NCBI RefSeq assembly: GCF_964213995.1
Contig: NC_135808.1
Location: forward strand, 32,178,001 to 32,242,000
Direction: 5' to 3'
Length of the DNA stretch: 64,000 nt
Origin: Mustelus asterias
Taxonomy: Eukaryota
This document shows, one piece after another, positions 61,331 through 64,000 of this stretch. The translations under genes were made by a program, and so were the position numbers. The notes under the pieces are model-generated. The model was not told the DNA's origin, did not search any database, and saw nothing but the letters and a program-made list of their open reading frames with translations. Every line of letters starts with the position of its first letter. Position 1 is the stretch's first letter.

Positions 61331-63085
61331 CTGGGGCCTTGTCAGCCCTGAGATCCAATAGTTTTCCAGTACCTTTTCCCTGATGATGGGGATTGTAATA
61401 AGTTCATTCCTCATCATCGGCTCTTGATATTCAAGAATCTTTGAGATTCTTTGGGAATCTTTGGAGTGGCATGGTGTCACAGCACTCATGTCTCACAGCG
61501 CCAGGGACCCAGTTTCAATTCCGGCCTCGGGTGACTGTGTGGAGTTTGCTCATTCTCTCCGTGTCTGAGTGGGTTTCCTCCGGGTGGTTCGATTTCCTCC
61601 CATAGTCCAAAGATGTGCGGGTTAGATGGATTGGTCGTGATATGTTACCCCTTAGTGTCAGGAGGATTAGCAGGGTAAATATCTGGGGTTATGGGGATAG
61701 GGCCTGGGTGGGATTGTTGTCGGTGCAGGCTCGATGGGCCAAATGGCCTACTTCTGCACTGCAGGGATTCTATGGATTCTAAGTTTTCTAAGTCATCGTC
61801 CATGAAAGCTGTTGTTCAATGCCATCTCAGTTCTTTTCTTTTATGTTAGTAATTGCCCAGACTACTCTCCTGGAACCAACACCAGTTTTAGATAATCCTT
61901 TTCTATTTAAATACTTGTAGAAGCTTGTTTCTGCCTGTTTTTATATTCCTCGCCTTCTTTCTCTCATCTCTGCTTTCGATCTCTTTGTTATCTTTTTTGT
62001 TATTCGTTGCTAGTTCAGAAAAATCTGTCCAATCCTCTGATCGACTAATAATCTTTGAAGATTCGCACAATGTTGCTTTTGATTTTCCTGAACTTTCTTA
62101 TTCAGCTGTGAATGATGCATCCTCCTCAACAAGCCTTTCTTTCCCACTCGGTTTAACCTTTTCCTGAGTGTTATTCAATTGCAGCTTCAAAGTCTGAAAC
62201 AGCAACTTTACTGTGCTACCTTTAATCTAGCATCCCAGTTTTCCTCACCCAACCCCGCCTTCATACCTTTATAGTTACTTTTTATTGACTTAAAACATGA
62301 GGCATTTCAAACTGGACATGACATTTTATTCTGTTATGATCACTGTCACCCAGAGGCTGCTTTTCGCATCGGATATTGATTCATCCAGTCTCAATGCATA
62401 TTGCCTGGTCCAGGATAATCCACTTTCTAGCTGGCTCGAGAATGNNNNNNNNNNNNNNNNNNNNNNNNNNNNNNNNNNNNNNNNNNNNNNNNNNNNNNNN
62501 NNNNNNNNNNNNNNNNNNNNNNNNNNNNNNNNNNNNNNNNNNNNNNNNNNNNNNNNNNNNNNNNNNNNNNNNNNNNNNNNNNNNNNNNNNNNNNNNNNNN
62601 NNNNNNNNNNNNNNNNNNNNNNNNNNNNNNNNNNNNNNNNNNNNNNNNNNNNNNNNNNNNNNNNNNNNNNNNNNNNNNNNNNNNNNNNNNNNNNNNNNNN
62701 NNNNNNNNNNNNNNNNNNNNNNNNNNNNNNNNNNNNNNNNNNNNNNNNNNNNNNNNNNNNNNNNNNNNNNNNNNNNNNNNNNNNNNNNNNNNNNNNNNNN
62801 NNNNNNNNNNNNNNNNNNNNNNNNNNNNNNNNNNNNNNNNNNNNNNNNNNNNNNNNNNNNNNNNNNNNNNNNNNNNNNNNNNNNNNNNNNNNNNNNNNNN
62901 NNNNNNNNNNNNNNNNNNNNNNNNNNNNNNNNNNNNNNNNNNNNNNNNNNNNNNNNNNNNNNNNNNNNNNNNNNNNNNNNNNNNNNNNNNNNNNNNNNNN
63001 NNNNNNNNNNNNNNNNNNNNNNNNNNNNNNNNNNNNNNNNNNNNNNNNNNNNNNNNNNNNNNNNNNNNNNNNNNNNNNNNNNNNN

Positions 63086-64000
63086 GCAAGTGAGAGGGGA
63101 GAGAGAGTGTAAGCATGCGAGCGGGGGGGAGAGACAGAGAGAGTGAGTGAGGGGGGAGAGAGAGTGAGCGAGGGGGCGAGATAGTGTGAGCGAGCGAGGT
63201 GGCAGAGAGAGTGAGCAAGCGAGGGGGAGAGAGAGAGAGTGAGCGAGCGAGGGGGAGAGAGAGAGAGTGAGCGAGGGGGAGAGAGAGTGAGCGAGGGGGA
63301 GAGAGAGTGAGCAAGCGAGGGGGAGAGAGAGAGAGTGAGTGAGCGAGGGGGAGAGAGAGAGAGTGAGCGAGGGGGAGAGAGAGTGAGCGAGGGGGAGAGA
63401 GAGAGAGTGAGAGAGGGGGAGAGAGAGTGAGCGAGCGAGGGGGAGAGAGAGTGAGCGAGCGAGGGGGAGAGAGAGAGAGTGAGCGAGGGGGAGAGAGAGT
63501 GAGCGAGCGAGGGGGAGAGAGAGAGAGTGAGCGAGGGGGAGAGAGAGTGAGTGAGCGAGGGGGAGAGAGAGTGAGCGAGCGAGGGGGAGAGAGAGAGAGT
63601 GAGTGAAGGGGAGAGAGAGTGAGCGAGCGAGGGGGAGAGAGAGAGAGTGAGCGAGGGGGAGAGAGAGTGAGCGAGCGAGGGGGAGAGAGAGTGAGCGAGC
63701 GAGGGGGAGAGAGAGAGAGTGAGCGAGGGGGAGAGAGAGTGAGTGCGCGAGGGGGAGAGAGAGTGAGTGCGCGAGGGGGACAGAGAGTGAGCGAGTGAAG
63801 GGGAGAGAGAGTGAGTGAGTGAAGGGGAGAGAGAGTGAGCGAGTGAAGGGGAGAGAGAGTGAGCGAGCGAGGGGGAGAGTGAGCGAGCGAGGGGGACAGA
63901 GAGTGAGCGAGTGAAGGGGAGAGAGAGTGAGCGAGTAAAGGGGAGAGAGAGTGAGCGAGTAAAGGGGAGAGAGAGCGAGCGAGTAAAGGGGAGAGAGAGC
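63086..64000. repeat. Purine-rich (GA/GAGC/GAGT) satellite following the N gap at 62445-63085
   Basis: Direct inspection. Confidence 0.9.

Noticed and set aside
62297-63314. Long ORFs across N runs
   Set aside because: Assembly-gap artefacts.
58800-64000. Alpha1 or leader exon of the class I-like gene
   Set aside because: Not found; the region is LINE/SINE, gap and satellite, so the exon is probably in the gap or beyond the window.

Overview
Vertebrate, repeat-rich DNA. The HE1/V-SINE, CR1 and Penelope repeats point to a shark or other elasmobranch (inference). The window holds an immune-gene neighbourhood with three RING-B-box-coiled-coil (TRIM/B30.2-type) paralogues and the 3' part of a very divergent MHC class I-like gene. 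TRIM-A (- strand): only exon 1 is in the window, and it is intact. TRIM-B (+ strand): six exons can be fully reconstructed, but a CAA>TAA stop precedes an otherwise intact PRY-SPRY exon. TRIM-C (- strand): a mosaic, probably pseudogenised copy. The class I-like gene (- strand) has a short alpha2 exon with an extra Cys pair, no classical peptide-anchoring residues, CD1-like helix motifs and a GC splice donor. It also has an intact alpha3 exon, a TM exon ending in TAG, and an in-frame cytoplasmic exon beyond that stop. TRIM-A and TRIM-B both carry ISRE motifs just upstream of the ATG. At least seven Penelope-like insertions are present, most of them fold-back (palindromic) with 12-15 bp target-site duplications, and together they carry about ten minimal hammerhead-ribozyme motifs with covarying stems. 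The rest is CR1/L2/Rex1/Tx1 LINE debris, SINEs, simple repeats and assembly gaps. Exon models were built by eye from splice sites and reading frame. Repeat boundaries are approximate and no database search was possible.
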